DNA from: Candidatus Poseidoniia archaeon
Lineage (GTDB): Archaea; Thermoplasmatota; Poseidoniia; MGIII; CG-Epi1
DNA length: 64,000 bases
Direction of reading: 5' to 3'
Assembly (NCBI GenBank): GCA_030754655.1
Contig: JASLZX010000004.1
Location: forward strand, 30,095-94,094
The notes beneath the pieces were generated by a model that saw only the letters and a program-made list of their open reading frames with translations, did not search any database and had not been told where the DNA came from. Shown one piece after another: positions 9,639 through 19,266 of the stretch. A program made the position numbers and the translations under genes. Each line of letters begins with the position of its first letter. Position 1 is the stretch's first letter.

Positions 9639-10300
9639 GCGACCTCGCCCATGTCGTGAATCTCGCCGTCGGACATCCCCGCTAGGCCATCCAAGTCTGC
9701 CCACCACGCCGGCAGCAGCCGCTCGGCAATCAGCCGGAACCACGGGCCGACGGGCTCGCTATCGAGCAGTTCGCGTAGCTCGGCCTCAGTCACCCAGCGC
9801 GCCTCGGCAATCTCGTTGGGGTTCGGCCGCGGCGTCACGTCCGCCCGCAGGCAGATGATGTGGTCCATTTCGTGCTCGACCCATTCCGCGTCGGCGCGGG
9901 CGCGGTAGAGCATGCGCGTCATGAAGACCATCCGCTCTAGTGGCGTGTCCTTCGGGGGGACGCCCAGCTCCTGCTCCAGCTTGCGCTGCGCGGCGCGCTT
10001 GACGCCGAGCGCATCGCGCTCTTCCAGCTCCGCTGCGCGGTGCAGTGGATGGCTGCAGCAGCTGTTGGCCCAGACGCCGGGAAAGGTGATTTTCCCCGGC
10101 GACCGTTGCTGGAGCAGCAAGCGGCCACGCGAGTCGAAAATCAGCAGGCTGAAGGCGCGGTGCAGCTGCCCCGCTCCGTGGTGGCACTCGACCTTGCTCG
10201 CACCGCCCAGCACCGTGTCGCGCTCGTCGACGAGGATGCACTCTTCGGACATCAGCGCGACCTGTTCTGCGTCGTGCCCCGCGAGCGGCTCCGTCTCCAT
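9629..10300 (-). CDS. idi: Isopentenyl-diphosphate delta-isomerase, type 1
   Basis: LHRAFS, LLQQRS..KITFP..W.NSCCSHP and WVEHEMD motifs; overlaps the GGPPS start. Confidence 0.95.
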   Translation of the reverse strand: METEPLAGHDAEQVALMSEECILVDERDTVLGGASKVECHHGAGQLHRAFSLLIFDSRGRLLLQQRSPGKITFPGVWANSCCSHPLHRAAELEERDALGVKRAAQRKLEQELGVPPKDTPLERMVFMTRMLYRARADAEWVEHEMDHIICLRADVTPRPNPNEIAEARWVTEAELRELLDSEPVGPWFRLIAERLLPAWWADLDGLAGMSDGEIHDMGEVAWS

Positions 10301-10316
10301 GCTGTCCGGCAGGTGG

Positions 10317-10357
10317 CACCGCTATAAAGGCAGTCGGCGGCCCAACCGCTATAATGC
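10317..10357. promoter_or_regulatory. Divergent archaeal promoters for idi (-) and the aldehyde dehydrogenase (+)
   Basis: Two accgctataa elements. Their TATA cores lie about 22-28 nt from the ATG at 10300 (reading tttata on the minus strand) and the ATG at 10377, consistent with leaderless transcripts. Confidence 0.55.
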
Positions 10358-10376
10358 AGTCGCGAATGCGCCGTGC

Positions 10377-11891
10377 ATGGGTAGGCTCGACTTCCTCGCG
10401 GAGCTGGGAATAGAAGCGGAAAACGCGGGCGGCTACGCCGCGAATTGGTGCGGTGCCGGCTCCCTGCTCGAGTCGGTCGCGCCGGCCGACGAGTCGGTCA
10501 TTGCCAGCGTACGTCAGTGCGACGCAGGCGACTACGAGACCATCATGGCCAACGCCGTCCGTGCGTTCGCCTGCTGGCGTCTCGAGCCGGCGCCCGCGCG
10601 GGGCGAAGTGGTGCGGCAGCTGGGCAACGAGCTGCGGAAGCACAAGGTAGCGCTCGGCAAGCTGATTGCGTGGGAGATGGGCAAAATCCAGGCCGAAGGC
10701 GAAGGCGAAGTGCAGGAGATGATAGATATCGCCGACTTCGCCGTCGGCCTCAGCCGGCAGCTCTACGGCAAAACCATGCACTCCGAGCGGCCACGCCATC
10801 GCATGTATGAGCAGTGGCATCCGCTCGGTATCGTCGGCGTCATCACTGCCTTCAACTTCCCCGGCGCGGTCTGGGCCTGGAACGCGATGATTGCCGCTGT
10901 CTGCGGCGACGTGATGGTCTGGAAGCCCTCCTCAAAGACGCCGCTCACCGCCGTGGCCATCCAGCACATCGTCAACCGCGTCCTCGAGCCGTTCGGCTGG
11001 AACGGCGTCATGTCGCTGCTGGTCGGCTCGAGCCGCGACGTCGGCGAACTGCTGGTCCACGACCGACGTGCGCCGCTGATTTCGGCTACCGGCTCGTGCC
11101 ACATGGGACGCAAGGTGGGCGGCGCGGTCGCGCAGCGGCTCGGCCGCACGCTGCTCGAGCTGGGCGGCAACAACGGTATCATCGCGCTCGCGGACGCCGA
11201 CCCGGAGCTGCTGCTGCGCGGCGTCCTGTTCGGCGCGGTCGGCACCGCCGGCCAGCGCTGCACCAGCACGCGACGCCTCTTCCTGCACCGCGACATCGCC
11301 GGCGACATCACCGAGCGGCTGGTCAGGGCCTACGGACAGGTGGACATCGGCGACCCGCTCGACCCCGCGACGCTGATGGGGCCGCTGGTCGACGGCGACG
11401 CGGTCGAGACCTACAGCACGGCGCTTGAGACCATCAAGGAGCAGGGCGGCGAGGTCTTGTGCGGCGGCAGCGTGCTCGACCAGCCGGGACACTATGTCGA
11501 ACCGACAATCGTCAAGGCTAAGCCAAGCATGGAAATCGTGGGAGACGAGACCTTTGCGCCCATCCTCTACCTGTTCGAGTTCGACTCACTCGAGGAGGCA
11601 ATCGCGATGCACAACTCGGTCGACCAGGGGCTATCGTCGTCAATATTCACCCGCGACATGCAGTCAGTCGAGCGCTTCCTGTCGGCCGCCGGCAGCGATT
11701 GCGGTATCGCCAACGTCAATATTGGCACGAGCGGCGCCGAAATCGGCGGCGCGTTCGGCGGCGAGAAAGACACCGGCGGCGGCCGCGAAGCCGGCAGCGA
11801 CTCGTGGAAGGCATACATGCGCCGGCAGACCAACACGCTCAACTGGAGCGACGAGCTGCCGCTGGCGCAGGGCATCCAGTTCGGGGATTAG
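10377..11891 (+). CDS. Aldehyde dehydrogenase, ALDH7/antiquitin (alpha-aminoadipate semialdehyde dehydrogenase-like) family
   Basis: GEVQEMIDI, SERPRHRMYEQWHPLG, ITAFNFP, LELGGNN, GTAGQRCT and GAEIGGAFGGEKDTGGGRE motifs. Confidence 0.92.
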   Translation: MGRLDFLAELGIEAENAGGYAANWCGAGSLLESVAPADESVIASVRQCDAGDYETIMANAVRAFACWRLEPAPARGEVVRQLGNELRKHKVALGKLIAWEMGKIQAEGEGEVQEMIDIADFAVGLSRQLYGKTMHSERPRHRMYEQWHPLGIVGVITAFNFPGAVWAWNAMIAAVCGDVMVWKPSSKTPLTAVAIQHIVNRVLEPFGWNGVMSLLVGSSRDVGELLVHDRRAPLISATGSCHMGRKVGGAVAQRLGRTLLELGGNNGIIALADADPELLLRGVLFGAVGTAGQRCTSTRRLFLHRDIAGDITERLVRAYGQVDIGDPLDPATLMGPLVDGDAVETYSTALETIKEQGGEVLCGGSVLDQPGHYVEPTIVKAKPSMEIVGDETFAPILYLFEFDSLEEAIAMHNSVDQGLSSSIFTRDMQSVERFLSAAGSDCGIANVNIGTSGAEIGGAFGGEKDTGGGREAGSDSWKAYMRRQTNTLNWSDELPLAQGIQFGD

Positions 11892-11902
11892 TTGGACTAG
11901 CC

Positions 11903-12334
11903 TTAGCTCTTTCTAACTTCTTCTCTACGGTATCTGCAGTTTAGATGGATAGCTGTAATCCCTTCGGGAATGTCTAGAGAAATAGGTGAACCCCACTTAA
12001 TCCAAATGGCTTCTAATCCCTCTATTCTACAGTAATTTAATTTCTGGACCGACCATTTTTTATTTCCTCTATCAATCTCGACTACTATATCTGGGCCATC
12101 AAATCTTTCTATGTAAACGTCAACAACTCCCTGATACACTCTTCCAGATTTCGTCGTTCTGTATGCTTTGATATAATATTCTAATCTTGGATTCCAACCA
12201 TTATTTTTTGCCCAGCGGTAAATAAAATCAGTAATAATGGCTGTAATATCTGAAGCCTTTTCCGCATCCAATTCGAGATTGTTTAACCCCAATTCCAAAT
12301 CAGCAATATTGTATGACATATTATCAAAGCGCAT
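11903..12334 (-). CDS. Hypothetical AT-rich protein, possible PD-(D/E)XK-like nuclease fold
   Basis: About 33-42% GC in sampled lines. It has an E...VVDVYI...IVVEID...SVQKL pattern. Alternative start at 12319. Confidence 0.55.
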   Translation of the reverse strand: MRFDNMSYNIADLELGLNNLELDAEKASDITAIITDFIYRWAKNNGWNPRLEYYIKAYRTTKSGRVYQGVVDVYIERFDGPDIVVEIDRGNKKWSVQKLNYCRIEGLEAIWIKWGSPISLDIPEGITAIHLNCRYRREEVRKS

Positions 12335-14024
12335 AACACTCCGTCAGCGGAATCATGTCAAACAGCTCGATCCAGTTCTGCGAGTTGTGCGTGTCAGATG
12401 AGTCTGGGAATACTTCCCGCACGATTTCCTCGCCCTGGTCAAGCAGCTCCTGCATCTCTTCCGGGAGCGGGACCGGGTCGGGATTCTGGTCATTTACAGT
12501 CTCGCCTTGTACCATAGCGATGCCCATGGCGATGACCAGTAGGTTCAGCTCCGGCACCTTCCACGCCTCGCCGATGTAGCGTGACTCGGCTCCCTGCGTT
12601 AGGTTGTAGTTCAGGGCGCCGACTCCTTCGTTCCATGCCTCGGCTGTGCCGTTGTAGATTATGTACTGCGTCTGGTACCCCTGAGTGGTGGTACGGGTGC
12701 CGTTGAGCACCTGCGCGGTCAGGTTGACGCGTTGCTCCATGGCTTGTTCGTGAAACTGTTGGTCCAATATTTCCAGCATATTCGCCTCCTCAAGGTCGAA
12801 TGGCATTTTGATGGCGACGAGAACCAGAAAAGCCGGATACCCATCTTCCTCGTCATGCTCGTCTTCAGCGTCATCTATGTAGAATGTGATATGGATGTCC
12901 GCTAGCCCCAGCCCCATTGTCTCGGTCTGCTGGAATACCTTCACCCAGCCATTGCCGCCGTCGCCCTGCACTGCGGAGTGCGGCAGCGACGCGCTGGCGC
13001 CTTCGTAAAGGCCGGTCAGCGCTAGCGACGGGACCACCAGCAACAGCCCGATGACGACCGCAGTCACCGACCTCAAGGCGATGCGCCAGCGCGGTCCCGG
13101 CAGGCCAGCCGCCACCTTGCCGGCGAGCGCGACGATGACCGCCAGCGCGAACAGGAACAGGAACGGCCGCAGGTTCGCTATCCAGAGCGCCCACAGGAAG
13201 CCGAGCGCCAGCAGTCCTGCAGCACCCCAGCCGCCCACTTCGGCGGCGCGCCACTTGCGGCCGAGCGCCCAGAACTCCCAGCGCGCCGGGAACACCGGCA
13301 TCCGCAGCTTGCGCAGGCTCCAGTACCAGCCCCGCTCGAGCCAGCCCGGTTTTGGTGGTCGCTCGGCGAGCCGGTTGCGGGTACGGCGGTTCCACCAGCG
13401 CCAGTAGCTACCGGCAGCCCAGAGCAGCGACAGCAGCACCCAGAAGCCGGCGCTGCCGCCGAAGGTCCCGGCATACCACGCAATCCACGCAACCGTGAGC
13501 GAGAAATGGCCGCTGCGCCGTGGCCCCGACTCGTTCTCGCCCCAGTCGGCTGCCTCACCGTCGGGGCCGAGCACCAGATGCCGCTTCTCCTTCTCCACCT
13601 CCGCCTCGACGATGGCGCGCTCGCCCTCGGGGGTCAGCGCCATCACCGTGTTGAGTCGCAGGTTGTCGACCAGGTCATCGAGCATCTCCGGTTCGGCGAA
13701 GAGCAGCCAGCGACGCGACGGGGTGCCGACGACCAGCGCCTCGGTGCGGATGTAGTACCAGAGCGCAATCAGGAACGGCGACGCGAGCCACCCCAGCCAC
13801 GGGAACAGGCAGAGCAGCAACCACGCCGGTGAGAACCTGGGCCGCAGCCCGCGCGAAAGGTAGTCGATGCGGCTGGTGTCGATATCCCACAGCTCGTTGC
13901 GCGAGCCGATGAAGAGCCGCCTGTTCGTCAGGAACGCCGACCATCCGCGGCGGCGGTCAACCTTCAATGCTGGATACTCCTTCAGGAACTCCTCGCCCGG
14001 CAGGAATCGCTCTTGCAGGTCCAC
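12324..14024 (-). CDS. Hypothetical multi-pass membrane protein with PH-like N-terminus and acidic extracellular C-terminal domain
   Basis: AFLTNRRLFI PH-like motif, several hydrophobic helices and an acidic C-terminus with NxT/S sequons. Confidence 0.7.
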   Translation of the reverse strand: MDLQERFLPGEEFLKEYPALKVDRRRGWSAFLTNRRLFIGSRNELWDIDTSRIDYLSRGLRPRFSPAWLLLCLFPWLGWLASPFLIALWYYIRTEALVVGTPSRRWLLFAEPEMLDDLVDNLRLNTVMALTPEGERAIVEAEVEKEKRHLVLGPDGEAADWGENESGPRRSGHFSLTVAWIAWYAGTFGGSAGFWVLLSLLWAAGSYWRWWNRRTRNRLAERPPKPGWLERGWYWSLRKLRMPVFPARWEFWALGRKWRAAEVGGWGAAGLLALGFLWALWIANLRPFLFLFALAVIVALAGKVAAGLPGPRWRIALRSVTAVVIGLLLVVPSLALTGLYEGASASLPHSAVQGDGGNGWVKVFQQTETMGLGLADIHITFYIDDAEDEHDEEDGYPAFLVLVAIKMPFDLEEANMLEILDQQFHEQAMEQRVNLTAQVLNGTRTTTQGYQTQYIIYNGTAEAWNEGVGALNYNLTQGAESRYIGEAWKVPELNLLVIAMGIAMVQGETVNDQNPDPVPLPEEMQELLDQGEEIVREVFPDSSDTHNSQNWIELFDMIPLTECYAL

Positions 14025-14145
14025 GGCGCCGGAGAGATACAGAGGTATTTAGGTTCGCAGTTGCATGTCGCTCTACGCGAGTCGTAAGCCGGGAGTCATT
14101 GTCTGGGGCTAAAACTTAAGTAATCGTCCACTATGTGAGGCTTCC

Positions 14146-14598
14146 GTGGTACCTCCCGTAGTACCGCCACCGCCGCCTCCACAGCAACAGATGGAGCCAC
14201 CACCAGTGGCATATCAAGCGCCGGGAGGCGTGATGCAGTATGGCACTCCAAGAAAACCTGTGATGGTTATACTTTACAGTATATTAACGCTGGGCATTTA
14301 TAGCTTATATTGGAATTATCAAATTGCAGAAGAAAACAAGAATGTGGCGGGAGTAGGCCCTGGTGGTTTGGTGCATCTGTTACTGATGTTCATACCTTTC
14401 GCAAATATATACAGAGTAATCATGATAACTGCTGAAACCGGGGAAATGCAAGCACTAAATGGCATGCCAAAAACCGTCTCGGGATTAACCTTTTTCTGGA
14501 TTTTTTTACCATTACTGGGAGGTTTTGTACGGCTCTTTAAGTTACAAAACGCAGTAAATAGTGTATGGTATTTGAAAGGTGCTCCAAGAACATTCTAA
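14146..14598 (+). CDS. DUF4234-like membrane protein with Pro-rich N-terminus
   Basis: ILYSILTLGIYSLYW motif and LQNAVNSVW ending; low-GC body (about 30% in one sampled line). Confidence 0.7.
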   Translation: MVPPVVPPPPPPQQQMEPPPVAYQAPGGVMQYGTPRKPVMVILYSILTLGIYSLYWNYQIAEENKNVAGVGPGGLVHLLLMFIPFANIYRVIMITAETGEMQALNGMPKTVSGLTFFWIFLPLLGGFVRLFKLQNAVNSVWYLKGAPRTF

Positions 14599-14682
14599 CA
14601 CCCTGATAATTTAGCAAAAAAGGACTGATTAAGAAAATCGCACCACCTGGTGCGATATTTAACACCCCTTCACTCCCGTACC

Positions 14683-15594
14683 GTGGAACCGCTCGACGGG
14701 ATACGGCTCGCGATTGGCGCCGCGGCGCTCGGCTACGGCGCCTGGAGCGACTGGCAGACGCGGCGCGTCCCCGACCGCACCTGGCAGCTCGCCGGTGGGG
14801 CCGGGCTGGCGCTGCTCGCGGCCGAGCTGTGGCAGGCGCAAGCGAGCGCCGGCACGTGGGGGCTCGCGCTTGCCGTTGGCGTGCTGTTCTGGTATTCCCA
14901 GATTGACGACGAGGCTATCTACGGCCGCGAGCTTACGGCATGGCGCGCGGCGCAAGTGGCGGGCGTGGCCGGGATGGGTTACTTCGCGCTCTTCGAGGGA
15001 TGGGACGCGCTGCTCGCGAGCGGTCAAGCGGTCGACCTGGTCGCGGCGCTGGCGCTGATGGTAATGATGTACGGTTGGTATTACTTTGGCCCGACCATCG
15101 GCGGCGCCGACGTCAAGGCGTTGCTGACGGTGGCGGTGCTGGTGCCGTTCGCCCCCGACGCGGGCGCTACGCTGTACGCCTTCGGCGACCAGGGATTTCC
15201 GTTCCCGTGGGTCGTGTTCATGAATTCGCTACTGCTCTATCTAGCCATCCCGGTTGGGCTGCTGGCGTGGAATATTGCACATGGTGACCTGGAAAAGCCG
15301 TGGCTGCAGGCACTTCTCGGCGTCCGCATGCCACTCGCACAGGCGCGCGACAGCTACGTCTGGCCGATGACGCGCGTCGTCGGCGGCCGCACCGTGCTGG
15401 CGCCGATGGTCCAGCGCGGGCTGGACCTCCCGGCTGAGTGGGACGCGCTCGACGTTGCGGACATTGAGCGCCCATGGGTCAGCCTGAAGATTCCCTACAT
15501 CATCCCGCTCTTCGGCGCGTTCCTGCTCGCTGCGTTCGTCGGCGATCTCTTCTCGGAATTGCTGGTCGCGCCGCTCGGCGAGCTATTCCAGTAG
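14683..15594 (+). CDS. A24 family prepilin/pre-archaellin peptidase (FlaK/PibD-like)
   Basis: SDWQTRRVPD and IGGADVK catalytic Asp motifs and an archaeal C-terminal PWVSLKIPYIIP. Start GTG 14683. Confidence 0.88.
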   Translation: MEPLDGIRLAIGAAALGYGAWSDWQTRRVPDRTWQLAGGAGLALLAAELWQAQASAGTWGLALAVGVLFWYSQIDDEAIYGRELTAWRAAQVAGVAGMGYFALFEGWDALLASGQAVDLVAALALMVMMYGWYYFGPTIGGADVKALLTVAVLVPFAPDAGATLYAFGDQGFPFPWVVFMNSLLLYLAIPVGLLAWNIAHGDLEKPWLQALLGVRMPLAQARDSYVWPMTRVVGGRTVLAPMVQRGLDLPAEWDALDVADIERPWVSLKIPYIIPLFGAFLLAAFVGDLFSELLVAPLGELFQ

Positions 15595-16179
15595 CGCCGC
15601 TAGCTCCGCCAGCACCATCGCGGTCGCGCCCCACACCTTCTCGTCGCCGAGCGCGAAATAGGGGATGGCAATCGGTTCGCCGCCGAACTCGCGCTGCTCG
15701 CTGCACCGCAAGGCGCCGTCGCGCAGCGCCGCCAGTGGGATGCTGAAGAGCGACGCCACCTCGCGCCCGTCCAGCCGCCATACGGGCTCGCTCGCCAGCG
15801 TCGCGACGACCGGTGTGACCCGGAAGCGTGAGATCGGGATGGGGAGCGGCGACAGCCGCCCCAGCAGCTCCGTGTCGGCTGGTGCAAGGCCGGTCTCCTC
15901 CTGCGTTTCGCGCAGTGCGCCCGCTTCCGGGCTCTCACCAGACTCTAGCGCGCCGCCCGGCAGCGCCACCTGCCCGGCGTGGATGCCCTCGTCGTCGGTG
16001 CGTACAATCAGTGGCAGCCGCCAAGCCCCGTCGCGCGGGAAGAGCGCCAGCAGTACCGCCGCGTCGCGGTAGCCTGCCATATCGGGGGGAAACGCGCGAT
16101 TGCCCGGCGCCATATCGCGCCACGCGGCGACCCCCGGTAGCGAACCGGCGAGCCGGGCGCGCAGCGCAGCCGGCTTCAC
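15583..16179 (-). CDS. Nudix hydrolase, CoA pyrophosphatase family
   Basis: AAVLL, HAGQVALPGG, ALRETQEETG Nudix box and VWGATA. Real start is GTG 16179 overlapping the pepD stop; the 5' extension of the listed ORF is spurious. Confidence 0.9.
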   Translation of the reverse strand: MKPAALRARLAGSLPGVAAWRDMAPGNRAFPPDMAGYRDAAVLLALFPRDGAWRLPLIVRTDDEGIHAGQVALPGGALESGESPEAGALRETQEETGLAPADTELLGRLSPLPIPISRFRVTPVVATLASEPVWRLDGREVASLFSIPLAALRDGALRCSEQREFGGEPIAIPYFALGDEKVWGATAMVLAELAALLE

Positions 16180-17639
16180 GCTTCGGCCATGTCTGCCAGC
16201 AGCGCCAGCAGCAGGTTCCAGAACTTGGCGACGGTGGGAATCTCGACCCGCTCGTCGGGCGAGTGGGCACCGGTAATCGTCGGGCCGAACGAGACCATGT
16301 CCATCCCCGGGACGCGCTCGCCGATGACGCCGCACTCGAGCCCGGCGTGAATTGCCCCGACTTCGGGCTCCTCGCCCAGCTGCTCGGCGTAGATGCGCTT
16401 CAGCCGCTTCAGCACCGGCGACGCGGGGTTGGGCTGCCAGCCGGGATAGCTGCTGCTCCGCGTCGCGGTCGCGCCGCAGAGCGCCGCGATGGTCGCGATG
16501 CGTCCGCGTACGTCCTCCAGCGCCTCCATGATGGATGAGCGTGACGAGCAGACGATGCGGTAGCTGTCCCCGTCGGCAGCCACCGACGCTAGGTTGTTCG
16601 ACGTCTCGACCAGTCCGGGGATGGCGTGCGAATACTTCAGCACGCCGTGTGGCAGCGCCCGCAGCAGCCCCAGCAGGCTGCCCTGCGCGCCGGCGGAGAG
16701 ACACTCCGCCGGCGCGTCGTCCAGCCCTGAAAGCGTGACGCGCATTCCTGTCTCGAGCGTGCCGAACTCCGCCTGCAGCGCTGCGGTGCGGGCGCCGACC
16801 GCAATCTGCGCGTCGGCCATCGCCTCCGGCGGCAGCAGCAGGGTCGCGAATGCCTCGCGCGGAATCGCGTTGGTCTTGTCGCCCCCTCGGACCGAGACGA
16901 GCCGCGCGCCTATTGTGGCGAGCGGCTCGAGCAGCGACGCCAGCAGCACGATGGCGTTGGCGCGGTATTCGTGGATGTTGACCCCCGAATGACCACCCAT
17001 CAGTCCCTCGACCGAAAGCTGGAAGCTCAGGTAATCGCCAGGCGACGCCTCCCGGGAAACCGGCAGCGCCAGCTCGCTGTCGCCGCCGCCCGCGCAGCCG
17101 ATGCAGATGGCCCCCCACTCCTCGGTATCAAGGTTCAGCAGCGTCCGCCCCTGCAGCAGTGCACCGTCGAGCGCGAACGCCCCCGTCAGCCCGGTCTCCT
17201 CGTCGACGGTGAACAAGCACTCCAAAGGCGGCAGCCGCGCATTGGCCGCCATCTCGAGCAGCGCCAGCGCGGTCGCGACGCCGATGCCGTTGTCCGCCCC
17301 CAAGGTAGTCCCGTCGGCGGTGAGCCAGTCACCGTCGCGCAGTAGCCGGATGGGGTCGCGGTTGAAATCGTGCTCGACGTCGGAATTCTTCTCGCAGACC
17401 ATGTCGACGTGCGACTGGATGACGACCGTCGGCGCCGACTCGCCACCACCGCTGCCGGGGCGACGCACGCCGATATTGCCCACCTCATCCTGTTGCCACT
17501 CAAGGCTGCGTGTGTCGGCAAACTCCTTCAGCCACGCCAGCACCTGCTCTTCCTGCTTTGACGGGCGCGGGATGCGGCTCAGCGCCGCAAAATTATCCCA
17601 CAGCGCGGCCGGCTCCAGTCCCGAGATGGCGCTTGCCAT
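16176..17639 (-). CDS. pepD: Aminoacyl-histidine dipeptidase (M20C)
   Basis: QSHVDMVCEK, TTLGADNGIG, DEETGL, NLDTEE, HAGLECG and AHSPDE motifs. Confidence 0.93.
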   Translation of the reverse strand: MASAISGLEPAALWDNFAALSRIPRPSKQEEQVLAWLKEFADTRSLEWQQDEVGNIGVRRPGSGGGESAPTVVIQSHVDMVCEKNSDVEHDFNRDPIRLLRDGDWLTADGTTLGADNGIGVATALALLEMAANARLPPLECLFTVDEETGLTGAFALDGALLQGRTLLNLDTEEWGAICIGCAGGGDSELALPVSREASPGDYLSFQLSVEGLMGGHSGVNIHEYRANAIVLLASLLEPLATIGARLVSVRGGDKTNAIPREAFATLLLPPEAMADAQIAVGARTAALQAEFGTLETGMRVTLSGLDDAPAECLSAGAQGSLLGLLRALPHGVLKYSHAIPGLVETSNNLASVAADGDSYRIVCSSRSSIMEALEDVRGRIATIAALCGATATRSSSYPGWQPNPASPVLKRLKRIYAEQLGEEPEVGAIHAGLECGVIGERVPGMDMVSFGPTITGAHSPDERVEIPTVAKFWNLLLALLADMAEA

Positions 17640-17675
17640 GCTTGCCCACGGTGCACCGACTTTAAGCCCGCTCCG

Positions 17676-19088
17676 TCAGCCGAGCCGCGCCAGCTCATCC
17701 CACAGCGCCGCACTGGTGCGGATGCCGCCGTAAAGGCAGTCGAGCCGGAAGTGCTCGTTGGGCGAGTGCGGCATGTCCTCCGCCAGCGCGAAGCCGATGA
17801 GCAGCGGCTGCGCCCCCAGCACCGACTGGAAGTCGGCGACGACCGGAATAGTGCCGCCTTCGCGGATGAACGCCGGTTCCGCCCCGAAGCCGGCGCGCAG
17901 CGCGTGCATCGCAGCCTGCACTCCGGGTGAGTCGGTCGGCGTCAATACGGCGGGCGCGCCGGCGAAAACCCGGAGCGTCCAGCGCACGCCGACCGGCAGC
18001 CGTTCCGCGCACGCCCGGCGCAGCGCCGCCTCAATAGCGGCCGGCTCCTGCCGTGGCACCAGCCGGCACGAGAGTTTGGCGGACGCGCAGGCCGGCAGCA
18101 CCGTCTTGGCCCCCTCGCCGGTGTAGCCGCCCCAGATGCCATTCACCTCCAGCGTGGGCCGCGCCCAGCGCCGCTCGAGCGTCGTGAAGCCCGCCTCGCC
18201 GGCGAGGCCGGGGGCGCCTAAACTTTTTAAATATTCATCGTCAGAGAATTCCAGCGCTGCCAAGGCCTCGCGTTCTACCGCTTTCAGCGGCGTAACATCG
18301 TCGTAAAAGCCGGACAGGTTGACGCTGCCGTCGCCGGTGTGCAGCGTTGCGATGAACTCCGCCAGCACGGTCACGGGATTCGGCACCGCGCCGCCGTGCG
18401 TTCCCGAATGCAGGTCGGCGCTGGCCGCAGATATATCGAGCTGGAAATACGCCAACCCGCGCAACCCGTAGGAGACTGCCGGCATCCCGGGCGCGAGCAT
18501 CGGGCCGTCACTCACCACGCCCCATTCGGCACACAGCTCGTCAGCGTGGGTCGCGACGAACTCGCCCAGTGACGGGGAGCCGATTTCCTCCTCGCCCTCG
18601 ATGAGCAGCCGCAGGTTCACCGGCGGTCCACCGGCGACCTCGAACCATCCGCGCAGCGCCGCCAAGTGCGCAAAGAGCTGGCCCTTGTTGTCGCTCGCGC
18701 CTCGGCCGTAGAGCGCGCCGTCGCGCACCGGCTCGGCGTTCCCGCCGACCGCTTCGCCGCTGCCCCAGTTGTCGATGAACGGCGGGCTTTCCCACAGCTC
18801 GAGTGGCTCGGGTGGCTGGACATCGTAGTGGCCGTAGAGCAATACGGTCGGCGCCCTGGCACCGGCGTCGTGGCGCGCGATGATGGCAGGATGCTCCACC
18901 GTCGGGTGGATTTCGGTCTCGAGCCCCATCGCGCGGCAGTAGTCGGCCGCCCAGTCGCACGCGCGCCGCAGGTCGCCGGCGTGCTGTGCCTGCGCCGAGA
19001 TGGACGGAATCGCAGTCCATTCGACCAGCTCCGCAAGATGCTGCTCGCGCCGCTGCTCGAGCAGCTCTAGAATTTCTGGCAGTGCCAT
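17676..19088 (-). CDS. M20 family dipeptidase (Dug1/CNDP-like)
   Basis: YGHYDVQP, GRGASDNKG, EGEEEIGS, DLHSG and HSPNE motifs. Confidence 0.92.
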   Translation of the reverse strand: MALPEILELLEQRREQHLAELVEWTAIPSISAQAQHAGDLRRACDWAADYCRAMGLETEIHPTVEHPAIIARHDAGARAPTVLLYGHYDVQPPEPLELWESPPFIDNWGSGEAVGGNAEPVRDGALYGRGASDNKGQLFAHLAALRGWFEVAGGPPVNLRLLIEGEEEIGSPSLGEFVATHADELCAEWGVVSDGPMLAPGMPAVSYGLRGLAYFQLDISAASADLHSGTHGGAVPNPVTVLAEFIATLHTGDGSVNLSGFYDDVTPLKAVEREALAALEFSDDEYLKSLGAPGLAGEAGFTTLERRWARPTLEVNGIWGGYTGEGAKTVLPACASAKLSCRLVPRQEPAAIEAALRRACAERLPVGVRWTLRVFAGAPAVLTPTDSPGVQAAMHALRAGFGAEPAFIREGGTIPVVADFQSVLGAQPLLIGFALAEDMPHSPNEHFRLDCLYGGIRTSAALWDELARLG

Positions 19089-19266
19089 GTCCTTCTAGGG
19101 CGCCGGGGGCTTAAGCGGACTCAGCCGCCGCCGCGCTGCTCGCGAGCGCGGCGCAGTTCGGCGAGCAGGCGCTGGTCACCGCCGGGAGCCGCAGGTGGCC
19201 TAGCGAGGACGCGGTTGCGGAGCCGTCGCTGCCGGACGGGTTTCTCGAGTACCGCTACGAGCCGGC

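Noticed and set aside
16180-17118. Apparent 511-aa Nudix protein
   Set aside because: The upstream part is an alternate frame of pepD; the true gene starts at GTG 16179.
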